64,000 nt of DNA from assembly GCA_002269645.1 (NCBI GenBank), contig NIVC01002024.1, positions 62,001-126,000 of the forward strand, read 5' to 3'. Source of the stretch: Macrostomum lignano. Its lineage: Eukaryota. The translations under genes were made by a program, and so were the position numbers. This document shows positions 49,094 to 61,500 of the stretch, piece after piece (the first letter of the stretch is position 1; the number at the start of each line of letters is the position of its first letter). The notes beneath the pieces are model-generated. The model saw nothing but the letters and a program-made list of their open reading frames with translations. It was not told the DNA's origin and did no database searches.

Positions 49094-49428
49094 CTGCGTC
49101 TGAGCTGGTCTGACAGCCACCTGCGCCTCACTCAATGCGGAGGCTGGCGCCAGATGGTCTAGGATGCGGGCGGTAGCTTTTTTCTCATCATTTTGACAGG
49201 CCATCAAGATTTATGAGGTCAGGGCCTATTGTTCGGGTTCACTTAAGCGTGTGACAGCTTTGACAGCTATGCGTTTTACCCCTAAAGTACGTTGGGATTA
49301 GCGATTAGCGATTTCTCTTCATTATCTTCACTTTCTACTTAATAAGAGCTTTTTAATGTATATTTTTCATTAATTTTTGTCATTCCTACGCGAAATTAGG
49401 TCATAAATCATTATGTAGCGATTTTGAG

Positions 49429-50792
49429 TGATTTATGACCGCACCTGTCGTATTTTTATTGCCCCGAGGGAACTGATAGGATCTCTTGGCCACGTGAGTT
49501 TGGGTGGCAACAAGCTCAGCCAATCAAAAAATTCGACGTGCGTTATAACAAATCGGCTCAGCCAATCAGAATCGAGGTGTTCCATTATAACAAATTGCGG
49601 TCCAGTTGGCGGCTATAAAACCGGCGTTTTTGGCCCGCTCGGACTTCAACTTGGCCGCTCACCTGCCACCTGACATCCGGCTGCTACTCGCGACCGTCGT
49701 CTCTTGATCCCAGGATCACGACTCCCCCCCTCATCATCAAGGACGAATTCCCCCGGTCGTCAGCAGCGAACATCAAGGTTAAAGATCATCACCTGCTAGC
49801 TATCTGCGAAGTTTGTGACAGCATCATCCGGGGCCTACAGCTGCGAAGCACTAAGCCGATTCGGTCACTGTGGATTACCTGGTCTCCGGCTGTTGAGTTT
49901 CTGATTGGTTGGGTGAGAGGCTACCTAGACTTGCTTGATTGGGTGATTCCTTACCTGTCCTCTATTTCAGTAGCTGGATTAGGCGCACACTTTTGCTCAT
50001 TTTGTTCAGTAGTGCTGTTACTGAGGCAGAAATCATTCAATAATACTGCTAGTAGTCCGAAACGCCAATTCAATCTGAAGTGTGAAGTGATTTGAGGAGA
50101 AGGTTAAATCTGACAGTTATTTTTATCGGTTTTATTTCTTTGTTCGCCGATGGCTCAGATGAGTAGCTAAGCTAGTAGGCGCCGGTCACAGTGGACCAAT
50201 GGCAAGGCAGTTTTCAGTCGATCAATCAATCAAATCAGTGAGCAAAACTGCCAGAAGTGCAGAATCGGCGCCAGAGATGTACTTTGTGCACTCTAGGTTA
50301 GCCAAGCGGCTCGGGTAATGAATCATGCGAGGTCTCTGAAGTTCGAGTTAGTCTATCATCAGCGCTATGAGAGGCTAGTTGGCGCGTTGAAGGCCAAAAG
50401 TACATATCTTCGTATTTAGCAATGTAATAGTACATGTAGCTACCCCATAGACTCGCCACTTCAAGAATCCCCTGCACAAGTCCCCTCTGTACCTGCATGG
50501 CCAACGCGATCTAGTCCCAGCAGTGTCCCTTATCATCGGCTATGACTTCGAGATTGACAGCAAAAAGACACTAGTTGGCAGGTAAGTACTAAGCCCCCTC
50601 TAGTCGGAAGCCCGATTTCGAGAGTCCCGGTGTGGTGAGCCAGGACACACGGGCTGGTGGCAGCGAGTTAGCTTAGTCTGCGGATTAGCTAATTTCTACC
50701 TTCAAAATTCTCCCTGCTTGTCTCTCGCTGTCCCTCTCTTAGCTATAGGACCTAGACTGCTCGCCACACGATCAAGCTACCATGGGGCTGAC
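49429..50792 (+). other. Unclassified element copy E2, diverged paralog of E1
   Basis: Same left motif (49429), CCAAT 49520 and 49562, TATAAAA 49614, donor 50582, acceptor 50742, ACCATGGGGCTGAC 50782; strong colinear similarity to 48630-48960. Confidence 0.6.
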
Positions 50793-51296
50793 ATGATTTT
50801 TGTGCCCGCTGGGCACTTATTCTTGCTTTTTAATGCCATAGACTACGTTTAAGCCCGCTTGCAAGAGTCAAACTTACTTTAATGCAAATTAGCGGGCAGT
50901 TAATGTCATTAACTGCCCGCTAATTTTGTCCCACTTTGTCAAGAACACAAATGTCTATGGCACAATAATAGTAATACCTTAACGCTTTTAAGGGCGTTAA
51001 TGGGAAAATCAGAGGGCGCTCTCATTTCTCATTAACGCCGGCAAAGCATGGGTACGAGCTATTAATGTACTATTGATTTATTTCTGAGACCTGAGGCCCG
51101 AAGGCTTCCCGAAAGGGGCCGAAAAGGCCGAAACCCATTAATTCGATGTGTCAAAAAATTTTGCGCATCTGTTTTAGAAAGCTTCTGGTCTTTTCAGACG
51201 GGTTCCATATATATTTACGTTAGACTTACAATTGGCTAAAAGAGATCTACAGTGTATATATGTATCCGGGCCAAACGTCTCTACCACGACCCATTC

Positions 51297-52480
51297 TCAA
51301 CAACAACAACAGCAACAACAGAGTACGCTGCCGGTTCGCAAAAGCAGCGTCAGATGGCGCGCTTCGAAGCCTGGGCGCGAACAAAGGCCGCACCGCCGGC
51401 AGAGTCCGGGGCGCCGGCGTCAGCCAGCAGACAGTCGACGTAGCGCCGAGTCCTCGCCTGTCCCCGCCGGTAGGGTGCCTGCAACGTAAGTAACAGCACC
51501 TCCTGCACCGGCTCCGGACAGTAGGCCTCGGCGCGGATGACGTGGCCTGCCAGCTGGAGTCGCCGACGGCGCAGCAGATCGCTAGGACGGGCCAGGCCGG
51601 CGCGATGATAGAGCGCCGTGTTGGTGACTCGCTCGTTGCCGATCTTGAAGGCGGCGCGCAGCAGGCCAGCGTGCGCCGCGTCGACTTGAGCCTCGAGCGA
51701 GTCTGTCAGCGTCCAGGTCTCGGCGTTGTATAACAAGACGGTTTCGATCACCGCCTGGAACAGCGCCGCCCTCTGGCGGTCCGGTAGGGCCTCGGACTGC
51801 AGGACTGACCTTATAGAACGAAAGGCAGCCCAGGCAAGTCCTCGGCGACGCCGCAGATCCTCGCGAACGTCGGGAACCAGACCGCCGAGGTAGACGAACT
51901 GCTGACATCTTGGAAGCTCGCTCGCCTGTCCGTCAGCGCCTCGGCAGAAGATTGCAGCCTCGGTGTCGTCCGGCACGCATAGCACGACGGTCTTCTGCGT
52001 GTTGACCACCAGGCCGACGCTCGCCGCAACGGCAACCAGCCTATCCAGCTGTCGTTGGGCGCCCTCGACGGTCGAGGACAGCAGGGCGAGGTCATCGGCG
52101 TAGCCAAGCACGCTGAGCCGTCTCTCCGGTTGGCGTCGACCCACGCGTCGCCGCAGCAGGAAGCCGTCGTCGTTGGAAGGCAGAGCAGTCCGTAGCACCC
52201 AGTCAAGCACCAGAATAAATAGGAACGGCGCTAGCGTATCTCCCTGGAGCACCCCGGAGGATGTCTCGAAGAAATCCGATAGGCCGTCCGGTGTTGAGAC
52301 AGCAGCCGTCGTGCCGTGGTACAGCGCCATGACAGCAGTAATCAGCAGCTCTGGCACGTTGTACGCACGGAGCACCTCTGGGAGCGCGTCCCTCACGACC
52401 GAGTCGAAGGCCTTCCTGAAATCGACGAAGATCAGGATCAGGGTCAACTGGCGGATGCGCGCCTCCTCGATGACGCGTCA
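51297..52480 (-). mobile_element. 5'-truncated RTE-clade non-LTR retrotransposon, RT reading frame intact
   Basis: ORF 51350-52447: LIFVDFRKAFDSV, SGVLQGDTLAPFLFILVLD, GYADDLALL, FVYLGG, ETVLLYNAETWTLT; 3' stem-loop and (GTT)n tail; no endonuclease domain. Confidence 0.95.
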
Positions 52481-54770
52481 AGTAGACTACTCAAGAACAT
52501 CTTAAGTAGTCTACTTGAGAAGTCCTTGCCCATTCTTTTAAAGATCGTCCGTACTGTACGTCTCACGGGGGACGAGAAGGAAACTCAAGAACAAGAAACG
52601 ATATGAATCTCATCTCCTGGTAGTTTAGGCCTATAGTTACACAATACATGTACATGTACATGTATGTCGATGTGTCAATACTCAACGGGTGCTGACTGGT
52701 ATATTTGATCGGCGACAAACAAATAATTCAGCAAAGCAAAATCGGCGACAACTCAGAAGAAACAATTGTACATGTACCGGTATATAATCTTTTAATTATT
52801 TTAGTACAATATTTTTAGGATATAGGATTACAGTACCTTCATTTTCAAGGGAGTTTGTTTTATCCATATCCTGCGCGTTATCCAAACGTGTTTTCCAAGA
52901 AATGTTCTCATTTTCGAAGGTCACGCGAGCGATATCCAATTTATTTCAATCCAACGCATTTTTTCTATCAAACGTCATGAGCATTAGTATAAAATCACTT
53001 CCTTTACTTTAAGAATTCGGACAGAAATTCAATTCCAAATTGCAGTTGCTGTTGCACCAGCCGTGAGCAGATCAAGTCTAAGATCAGAGTAATCGATACA
53101 GACTACGATCAGGTCGGTAATCATGTCGAGAGATAATAAATTCTCGATCAAGTAGAGAGTAGTCGCAACAGTGTACTGACTACGATCGAGGGTCGAAATC
53201 ATGACGAGGGGTAAAAATATAAAGCCTTGATCAAGTCCCAGATCAGATCAGAGATCAGAGTAGCCGATACAGACTACAAGAGGCCGGTAACCAAGTCGGT
53301 CTCAAGCACGGTTGACAAAAGAGGAGGGTATCGTTTTTAAGTAAATGCCCTTCCCCTTATCCATATTTTCGTGCAAATCCTGTGCAGTTGGCGCAAATAA
53401 AGTTACAATTTTGCGTATACATTTATATCAAATTATAAAGAGCAGCCGTTCAACGAAAGCCAGTTGTTTCCGGAGGGCGACTACGCTTCGAACGACACAG
53501 TTTATGACGCCGTTGATATTACACTAGTGAGCCGTCGTCCTATGTTCAATACCTGTCGGCGTACCGTCACTGTCTGTTAGAGCTGGACAATCAAATGTGT
53601 ATGTACATGTACATTACTGTCTGCTTTATAACTGTGTATTTTTGAGAAACTGCCTTCCATCGCCATTTAATTCAACCTTATAATGATGAGTAATTTCATT
53701 GCGCCGGAATATAATGCAAGCCCCCACCAGTGGTCTGATTAATCGTTGTTCGCGCCCGTGACCCAATCTTTCCAACGTCTGGTTCACGCGTCGGTTGCAC
53801 TTGCCGTCGGATTCGCGTCAGAGCCCAGCAGGTCAGACCAGAGACTTAGCACCCGGTCGGAGCAGCTCGCCAATCCAGTAGCATCAATTATTAGATCTGC
53901 TTATATAAATGGACTGACATTGAGTGCCATTGAGAAGGTCAGAAAAGCGTATTGATAGCATTTTGTGTTTCGGAAAGTGAAATATTTTACAGTTCTGTAC
54001 ATCTGAATTTAATATTTCTCTTTGAAGACGGCTGAATCGAATTCGATTCAATTCGTAGTCGTGGAATTAAAATTATGGACCCGTCCTTTATTTTTAATTT
54101 TACGCTACCCTGTTGAGCACGGGATTCGGCTGCAGATCCGGTTCCCTCATCCAGAATTCACCCGGATTCATCTGCAGATCCGGTTCCTTCTTCCAGAATT
54201 CACCCGGAACTGTCACCGGAAATTTTATAGAGATCCGGGTCCATTTTCCGGAATTTTTTATTCTGATCCGGAAAATTCGCCCGGATTCTGTAAATTTTCG
54301 TGACAGATTCGGAATTTCCACCCCGTATCTGATTGCATTACAGGAATGAGGTGAAAGTTCAACGGGTAGGATAAAAGTAAACAAAAATTCTCTCTCATCT
54401 TTTTTCGCTTCCTCACCTTTCTTTTGTCCTTTCTTTTCTCTCGCTTCTACTCTCTTATCTCCTATCTACTCTCTTATTTTTATTTTCTTCTCTCTTTTCT
54501 CTCATTTTACCTCTCTTCTCTACTCTCCTCTCTTCTTTCTTATCTGCTCTCTTATCCTTTCTATTACATCTCTTTGTCTTTCCTTTCTTTGTCTTTTCTC
54601 TCTCCTCTCTTCTTTTCCCTCTTATTCCTTTCTTCTACGTGAATAATGTTCCCTAATATTTTCTACTACACTAAATTTTAAGTCTGAACTACTAATAGTA
54701 GGTTAAAAGTATATCTGCTTGGCAATCTACCCTATCACACATTGTCTCAGTAATTTTTAGATGAACACCC

Positions 54771-55340
54771 CTTGACTTACTTGACTGAGATGCAGGGTGG
54801 TCTGTAGACCGTAGACACGGCAAAGGAGGTAAGGATCACCCATTCCGCTAGCGGCGACTAGCCCCTGAAGGCTACAAACATGCAGAGGCATGGGACCAGT
54901 TGTCAGTCTGTCCTGCAGTATGCATGATCTTCTTCTGTAAGGAAGAAAGTGGCTGAAGGATCTTGTTGTCTGAAGGAACTTGATGAGGCATGGGATGCTA
55001 TTGGGCTAGCAGACCTCATCAATGGACAGGTTTGGCCCAATCTAGTATATCCAGTCTCTTTCTGGTAAAGAAAGGGCAGGGACAAACAAAGTGCTAAGCA
55101 TCTTCATTGTCATATTCACAAAAAGGACAAGGTTCACTCTCGAGATCCAACCTCGGAGGAAGCAGTGTCTAGCGAGGTAGTAATGGTAATGGGGTCATGA
55201 CAGGGGTGTAAATATCCTTCCAGTTTTGGTTTAGAAGCACATTCTTGAGCCTTCAAGAGAGGCAACAGAACTGCAGTGCATGATTGCCAGCAGTTTTGGG
55301 TGCTCATCCATCTGTCCCCTGTGAAGGGAATCAGCTCAGT
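54771..55340 (-). mobile_element. Older 3' remnant of the same Loa/R1-like family as 29224-30263
   Basis: Minus translation CPFCEYDNEDA*HFVCPCPFF..KRL; 3' UTR TAGCGGAATGGGTGA...GACCACCCTGCATCTCAGTCAAGTAAGTCAAG matches the 29.2-kb copy. Confidence 0.8.
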
Positions 55341-56639
55341 CATCAATCTGATTTTATCTATTCAATTTTTTTGACAAAATTCTATTACTATTTAAACACA
55401 CCTTATATTTGTAGTTTTTTTAATTTCTCTGTGAGACTGCCAAGTAAAATAGGATTGATTTAAAACAAAATAAACCTGTTTCAAATTTATTTCTGAATAT
55501 TACAATTCACTTTAGCCACATCTAGCTTGTATTTTACTTTCAACTCTACTACGCTGCTCTGTTCAGTAGTATAAAAAGAAAGCGACTAACTTTATTTTTA
55601 TAGCTTTCAATGCCACTAATGCCGCTGCTTGGCAATTTGTCTAAGCTCGTCTTAGTGCTTTCCCTCCCTATACTTTGCTCCTGCTCGGTCCCCCCATTCG
55701 TACGCCAATCTTTCTGTCCCTCTCTAGATCCCAATTTCACTCGCATCGTTGCCTCATGTCTCCTCTCTCTCTCTCACTCCTTCTCCCAGCGCATTCCCAA
55801 TCCCTTAGACCGAAGTCTCAAGGGAGGCGGGCAGGCAGGGCTCAGCATCCGTGGGAACTTCAGGGTTAGTCGGGGCTTTCTCTCCCCAACTAATTTAGCA
55901 CCCTGCTCTGCTCGGCTTGGCTCTGCCTCTCTCCTCTCCTCTCTCCTTATCGATTGGAATTTTCTGTTTTCCTCAGCGCAGCTCGGAGAAGTCGCCCCCC
56001 GCTGCTCCTGCAGCCTGCTCACTAGTCGTATACCCGACCTTTTGGTTTCTCCTTCGCGTGCACCACTTTTCCTCGAGTTCTGCAGGATGCTGTAAGAGAG
56101 TCCCGGAGTAGGCCCCGCCCCTTCTCTCTCCCTCTACCCAAACTAATCCCCACGCAGCGCTCCTCGCTTCATCTGCATCCATTGACTCAAGTCCCCGCCA
56201 GGCCCTGTGTCCCTCCTCGCCTGCTCCTCGTATTGATCCGTTTCTGCCCATCCCCTATCCTCCTCCTCCCACATTCAGGATTCTTCGCACACTCGGCCTC
56301 GCTCTTCCCCATGGCTTTCCAAAGCAACTAACCCCCTCCCCAACCCCCTTAGCTGGATGCCTGCTCTCTGCTGCTCGTTCAAGTTTGTCGACCTCGCTTC
56401 AAGATCTATGCCCAAATTGCAATTTGCAAAACAATTTTGCCTTGCTTTAAAGTTTCTCTTCACTTTCGTCTGATGTTTTGGAAAAAACTGGCTTTAAATT
56501 TATAAAGCATTCGATCAATCCATCATTCCCAGTTACTTATGTACGTTTTTTGTAAAAGAATTGAACAATTAACTCTAAATGAATTAAATTTTTTATCGAA
56601 AGTCTCTGTCATGAGAACTTCTCAGTTGCAGAAGGATGT

Positions 56640-58058
56640 TTGTAGGGAGAACTTGTGACTCACTGAATGATTTGTGTAGGGAGAACTTGTGACTCACTGA
56701 AGGATTTGTGTAGGGAGAACTTGTGACTCACTGAAGGATTTGTGTAGGGAGAACTTGTGACTCACTGAAGGATCTGTGTAGGGAGAACTTGTGACTCACT
56801 GAAGGATTTGTGTAGGGAGAACTTGTGACTCAGAGAATGATTTGTGTAGGGAGAACTTGTGACTCAGAGAAGGATTTGTGTTGGGAGAACTTGTGACTCA
56901 CTGAAGGATTTGTGTAGGGAGAACTTGTGACTCAGAGAATGATTTGTGTAGGGAGAACTTGTGACTCAGAGAAGGATTTGTGTTGGGAGAACTTGTGACT
57001 CACTGAAGGATTTGTGTTGGGAGAACTTGTGACTCAGAGAAGGATTTGTGTAGGGAGAACTTGTGACTCACTGAAGGATTTGTGTAGGGAGAACTTGTGA
57101 CTCACTGAAGGATTTGTGTAGGGAGAACTTGTGACTCACTGAAGGATCTGTGTAGGGAGAACTTGTGACTCACTGAAGGATTTGTGTAGGGAGAACTTGT
57201 GACTCACTGAAGGATCTGTGTAGGGAGAACTTGTGACTCACTGAAGGATTTGTGTAGGGAGAACTTGTGACTCACTGAAGGATCTGTGTAGGGAGAACTT
57301 GTGACTCACTGAAGGATCTGTGTAGGGAGAACTTGTGACTCACTGAAGGATTTGTGTAGGGAGAACTTGTGACTCACTGAAGGATCTGTGTAGGGAGAAC
57401 TTTTGACTCACTGAAGGATCTGTGTAGGGAGAACTTGTGACTCAGAGAAGGATTTGTGTAGGGAGAACTTGTGACTCACTGAAGGATTTGTGTTGGGAGA
57501 ACTTGTGACTCAGAGAAGGATCTGTGTAGGGAGAACTTGTGACTCACTGAAGGATCTGTGTAGGGAGAACTTGTGACTCAGAGAAGGATTTGTGTTGGGA
57601 GAACTTGTGACTCAGAGAAGGATCTGTGTAGGGAGAACTTGTGACTCAGAGAAGGATTTGTGTTGGGAGAACTTGTGACTCAGAGTCAAAGTCAGAGTAG
57701 TGAGGAGAACTTGTGACTCAGAGTCAAAGTCAGAGTAGTGAGGAGAACTTGTGACTCAGAGTCAAAGTCAGAGTAGTGAGGAGAACTTGTGACTCAGAGT
57801 CAAAGTCAGAGTAGTGAGGAGAACTTGTGACTCAGAGTCAAAGTCAGAGTAGTGAGGAGAACTTGTGACTCAGAGTCAAAGTCAGAGTAGTGAGGAGAAC
57901 TTGTGACTCAGAGTCAAAGTCAGAGTAGTGAGGAGAACTTGTGACTCAGAGTCAAAGTCAGAGTAGTGAGGAGAACTTGTGACTCAGAGTCAAAGTCAGA
58001 GTAGTGAGGAGAACTTGTGACTCAGAGTCAAAGTCAGAGTAGTGAGGAGAACTTGTGA
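56640..58058. repeat. Compound minisatellite: 34-nt unit, then 38-nt unit sharing GAGAACTTGTGACTCA
   Basis: Unit switch near 57670-57685. Confidence 0.93.
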
Positions 58059-60057
58059 GTGACACACTAAAGAGTCTTAATTGTCAATTGAGTTTTGACT
58101 GAAGCATGCGTGTAGCTGTGTCAATTAAGGATTCCTTGCGATTTTTAATTCGATTCAGATACTTTCTGAACCTGTCCCTGCATTTTATTGTATGACCGAC
58201 TGTTACTGTCCCTGCAATGATTGAAATGCAAAGAAAAAAAACTGAATTTAAATGGCAAGTAAATACTGAAGTAAGTGACAAGACCCATATATATATACTC
58301 GCATTCGTATACATCATCGCATTGATTGAAATGATTTATAAGCATCAAAATCATTTTTTTAAAATCCGGTTTTGGTAGACAAGAACCTATGAAAAGCGAA
58401 AAAGCTCAGTCTGTTTAAAAGGCAAAAAAGTAGCGAAAAAGGATAGAATGAAGAAAGAAAAGTCAAAGCAAAAAGGGCCCATTTCGGACTTCCTTGCGTT
58501 GCGTGCGACTGCAGGCAGAAATAAATATCCAAGGGAAGGCAGGCAGGAGCAGTAGCAGTCTGAAAGGAAACGAGGTTTCGGGAGAGGCAAAAGGGAAGAG
58601 GAAGGAAAGTCGAGTTAGATAGAAGCGGTAGAAGACAGGCAAGCAAGAGGATTCCACTAAGCTATAGGAGATGGCGGATTGCGCTCTCCTGCTCGCACGC
58701 AAGCATGCAGTGCAGGTCCTGGAAATTTGCGTTGCTAGCCTATAGCCTCTCTCTCTCCTTTCCTCTGCCGAAGCCTGCTTGTGCAGCAGCACAGTGTGCG
58801 AGATGCTGCCTTGATAAGAGGGGGGGGGAGGATTTCGGTTGAACGTTTGTGGGGAGCACAGATCGATAGCTCTTCCGTTCCCCTTCCCTCTCTGTCTAAT
58901 GCATTTCTTCTTCCTCCGGTCAAGGCTGGGAGGTTGGGGGCTTGATTTCTAGGCTGGGATGATTTCTTCAGCTTTCTTTCTCCTCTCTCCTCGCCTCCCT
59001 CCGCCTGTCCAGTTCCAGTTCCCATGAAATCTCTTTCCCCAAGGCTCTCTCACCCCTCCCATTCACGGCTATCGCCTCATCCCGCTCACACGCGCAGTGC
59101 AGAGACTGCGCGGCCCCTAGTCCACAAATACGCAGCTGAACCCTCCCTCCAAACCGGCTTTTCTACTACTTTCTTTCCCCGGCAAAGCTATTCGTCGTCT
59201 TTGAAGAGGCAGGGAGAAAGGGGAGTGCTGTGTGTGCGCGTGTCTGTGTGTGTTGAAGACGGGTGTTTCAGGAACCCCAGCACCATGGGGGGTTTAAGGG
59301 GGGGAGAGAGGATTCTAGGATGCAGAGGCGGAGGAAGAGGAGGAGTAGGGATAGAAGGGAATATAAGCCGCTCGTGGGGGGCACCCCATTTGCGTGCGTC
59401 ACATCTTTGCCAAAAATTTCGATCCTCTTTATCCCCTCGCTGCTGCCTGTAGGAGGCCCAGCTGTCTCCTTCCTAGTCGGCGCCAATTAATATTTTTTCT
59501 TTTATCAGCCTCTGAACTCGAATTGTAAGCAATGAGTAACTCACTACTCAGCATTCCAGAAGGTGAGTTGCAGTTAAGCCGGCCTATTTGTGTCCGATCT
59601 AGATTCTTTTAAACAGCATCCCCGCAATGCGTATTTGATGATGAAGTCAACTCTCTTGGCACTCACGGAATCGTCGTTGTCTGTTTCGTTGCGCCATTCA
59701 TTGTTGGGGCGCAGCTTTATTCTCATAATTTGTACCGACGGCTCCGCTGGTGCCAGACGTGTTACTTCTGAGCTCAACTGGTGTGCCATTGTTGTTGTCG
59801 AAGCACTCTTCCCGATGCTTTTATTATGTACATGTATATTAAATAAACAGATTTTAAGGCTAACTTGAAAATTGCACTATTCGCTGACTTTATTGTTTTT
59901 CATTTGTCTTTTGGCGTCACTGAAACATGATTTGAAATGGAACTGAAATGGAATCATAAAAAATCCTGATCTTGAAACCGTAAATCTCACTAGCTGTTCA
60001 GCTATTATTGCGTATCTTGTTCTTGAAGAACTTGTGGAGTCCTGCAGAAGAAGGGTT

Positions 60058-61500
60058 GTAGTTGCAGAACTCGGTTTTCTTCGAAACAGAATGATGAATC
60101 TTATAGCTTGTAGGGTTGCAGAACCCGGTTTTCTTCGAAACAGAATGATGAATCTTATAGCTTGTAGGGTTGCAGAACCCGGTTTTCTTAGAAACAGAAT
60201 GATGGATCTTATAGCTTGTATGGTTTCAGAGTTGGACTTTTTTAGAAACAGAATGATGAATCGTATAGCTTGTAGGGTTGCAGAACCTGGTTTTCTTAGA
60301 AACAGAATGATGAATCTTATAGCTTGTAGGGTTGCAGAACCCGGTTTTCTTAGAAACAGAATGATGAATCTTATAGCTTTCAGGGTTGCAGAACCCGGTT
60401 TTCTTAGAAACAGAATGATGAATCTTATAGCTTGTAGGGTTACAGAACCCGGTTTTCTTAGAAACAGAATGATGGATCTTATAGCTTGTAGGGTTGCAGA
60501 ACCCGGTTTTCTTAGAAACAGAATGATGGATCTTATAGCTTGTATGGTTTCAGAGTTGGACTTTTTTAGAAACAGAATGATGAATCTTATAGCTTGTAGG
60601 GTTACAGAACCCGGTTTTCTTAGAAACAGAATGATGAATCGTATAGCTTGTAGGGTTGCAAAACCCGGCTTTCTTAGAAACAGAATGATGAATCGTATAG
60701 CTTGTAGGGTTACAGAACCCGGTTTTCTTAGAAACAGAATGATGAATGGTATAGCTTGTAGGGTTGCAAAACCCGGCTTTCTTAGAAACAGAATGATGAA
60801 TCGTATATCTTGTAGGGTTGCAGAATCCGGATTTCTTAGAAACAGAATTATGAATCGTATAGCTTGTAGGGTTGCAGAATCCGGATTTCTTAGAAACAGA
60901 ATGATGAATCTTATAGCTTGTAGGGTTACAGAACCCGGTTTTCTTAGAAACAGAATGATGAATCGTATAGCTTGTAGGGTTGCAAAACCCGGCTTTCTTA
61001 GAAACAGAATGATGAATCGTATAGCTTGTAGGGTTGCAGAACCCGGTTTTCTTAGAAACAGAATGATGAATCGTATAGCTTGTAGGGTTGCAAAACCCGG
61101 TTTTCTTAGAAACAGAATGATGAATCGTATAGCTTGTAGGGTTGCAGAACCTGGTTTTCTTAGAAACAGAATGATGAATCTTATAGCTTGCAGGGTTGCA
61201 GAACCCGGTTTTCTTAGAAACAGAATGATGAATCTTATAGCTTGTAGGGTTGCAGAACCTGGTTTTCTTAGAAACAGAATGATGAATCTTATAGCTTGCA
61301 GGGTTGCAGAACCCGGTTTTCTTAGAAACAGAATGATGAATGGTATAGCTTGTAGGGTTGCAGAACCCGGTTTTCTTAGAAACAGAATGATGAATCTTAT
61401 AGCCTGTAGGGTTGCAGAACCCGGCTTTCTTAGAAACAGAATTCCGAATCGTAGAGCTTGTATGGTTTCAGAGCCGGACTTTTTTAGAAACAGAATGCTG
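60058..61500. repeat. 54-nt minisatellite, about 26 copies
   Basis: GTTGCAGAACCCGGTTTTCTTAGAAACAGAATGATGAATCTTATAGCTTGTAGG unit. Confidence 0.95.

Noticed and set aside
47562-50792. E1/E2 as solo LTRs (TGTCA...TGACA ends)
   Set aside because: Termini are suggestive, but there is no TSD, PBS or PPT, shared sequence extends outside the TG, and an internal spliceosomal intron is atypical. Not excluded.
51083-51136. Hammerhead ribozyme (GGCC-GAAAA-GGCC-GAAAC)
   Set aside because: Stem II and GAAA look right, but no CUGANGA core directly precedes the stem and stems I/III were not found.
53780-53930. CCAAT + TATA promoter of a downstream gene
   Set aside because: Short motifs only; no supportable downstream exon identified.
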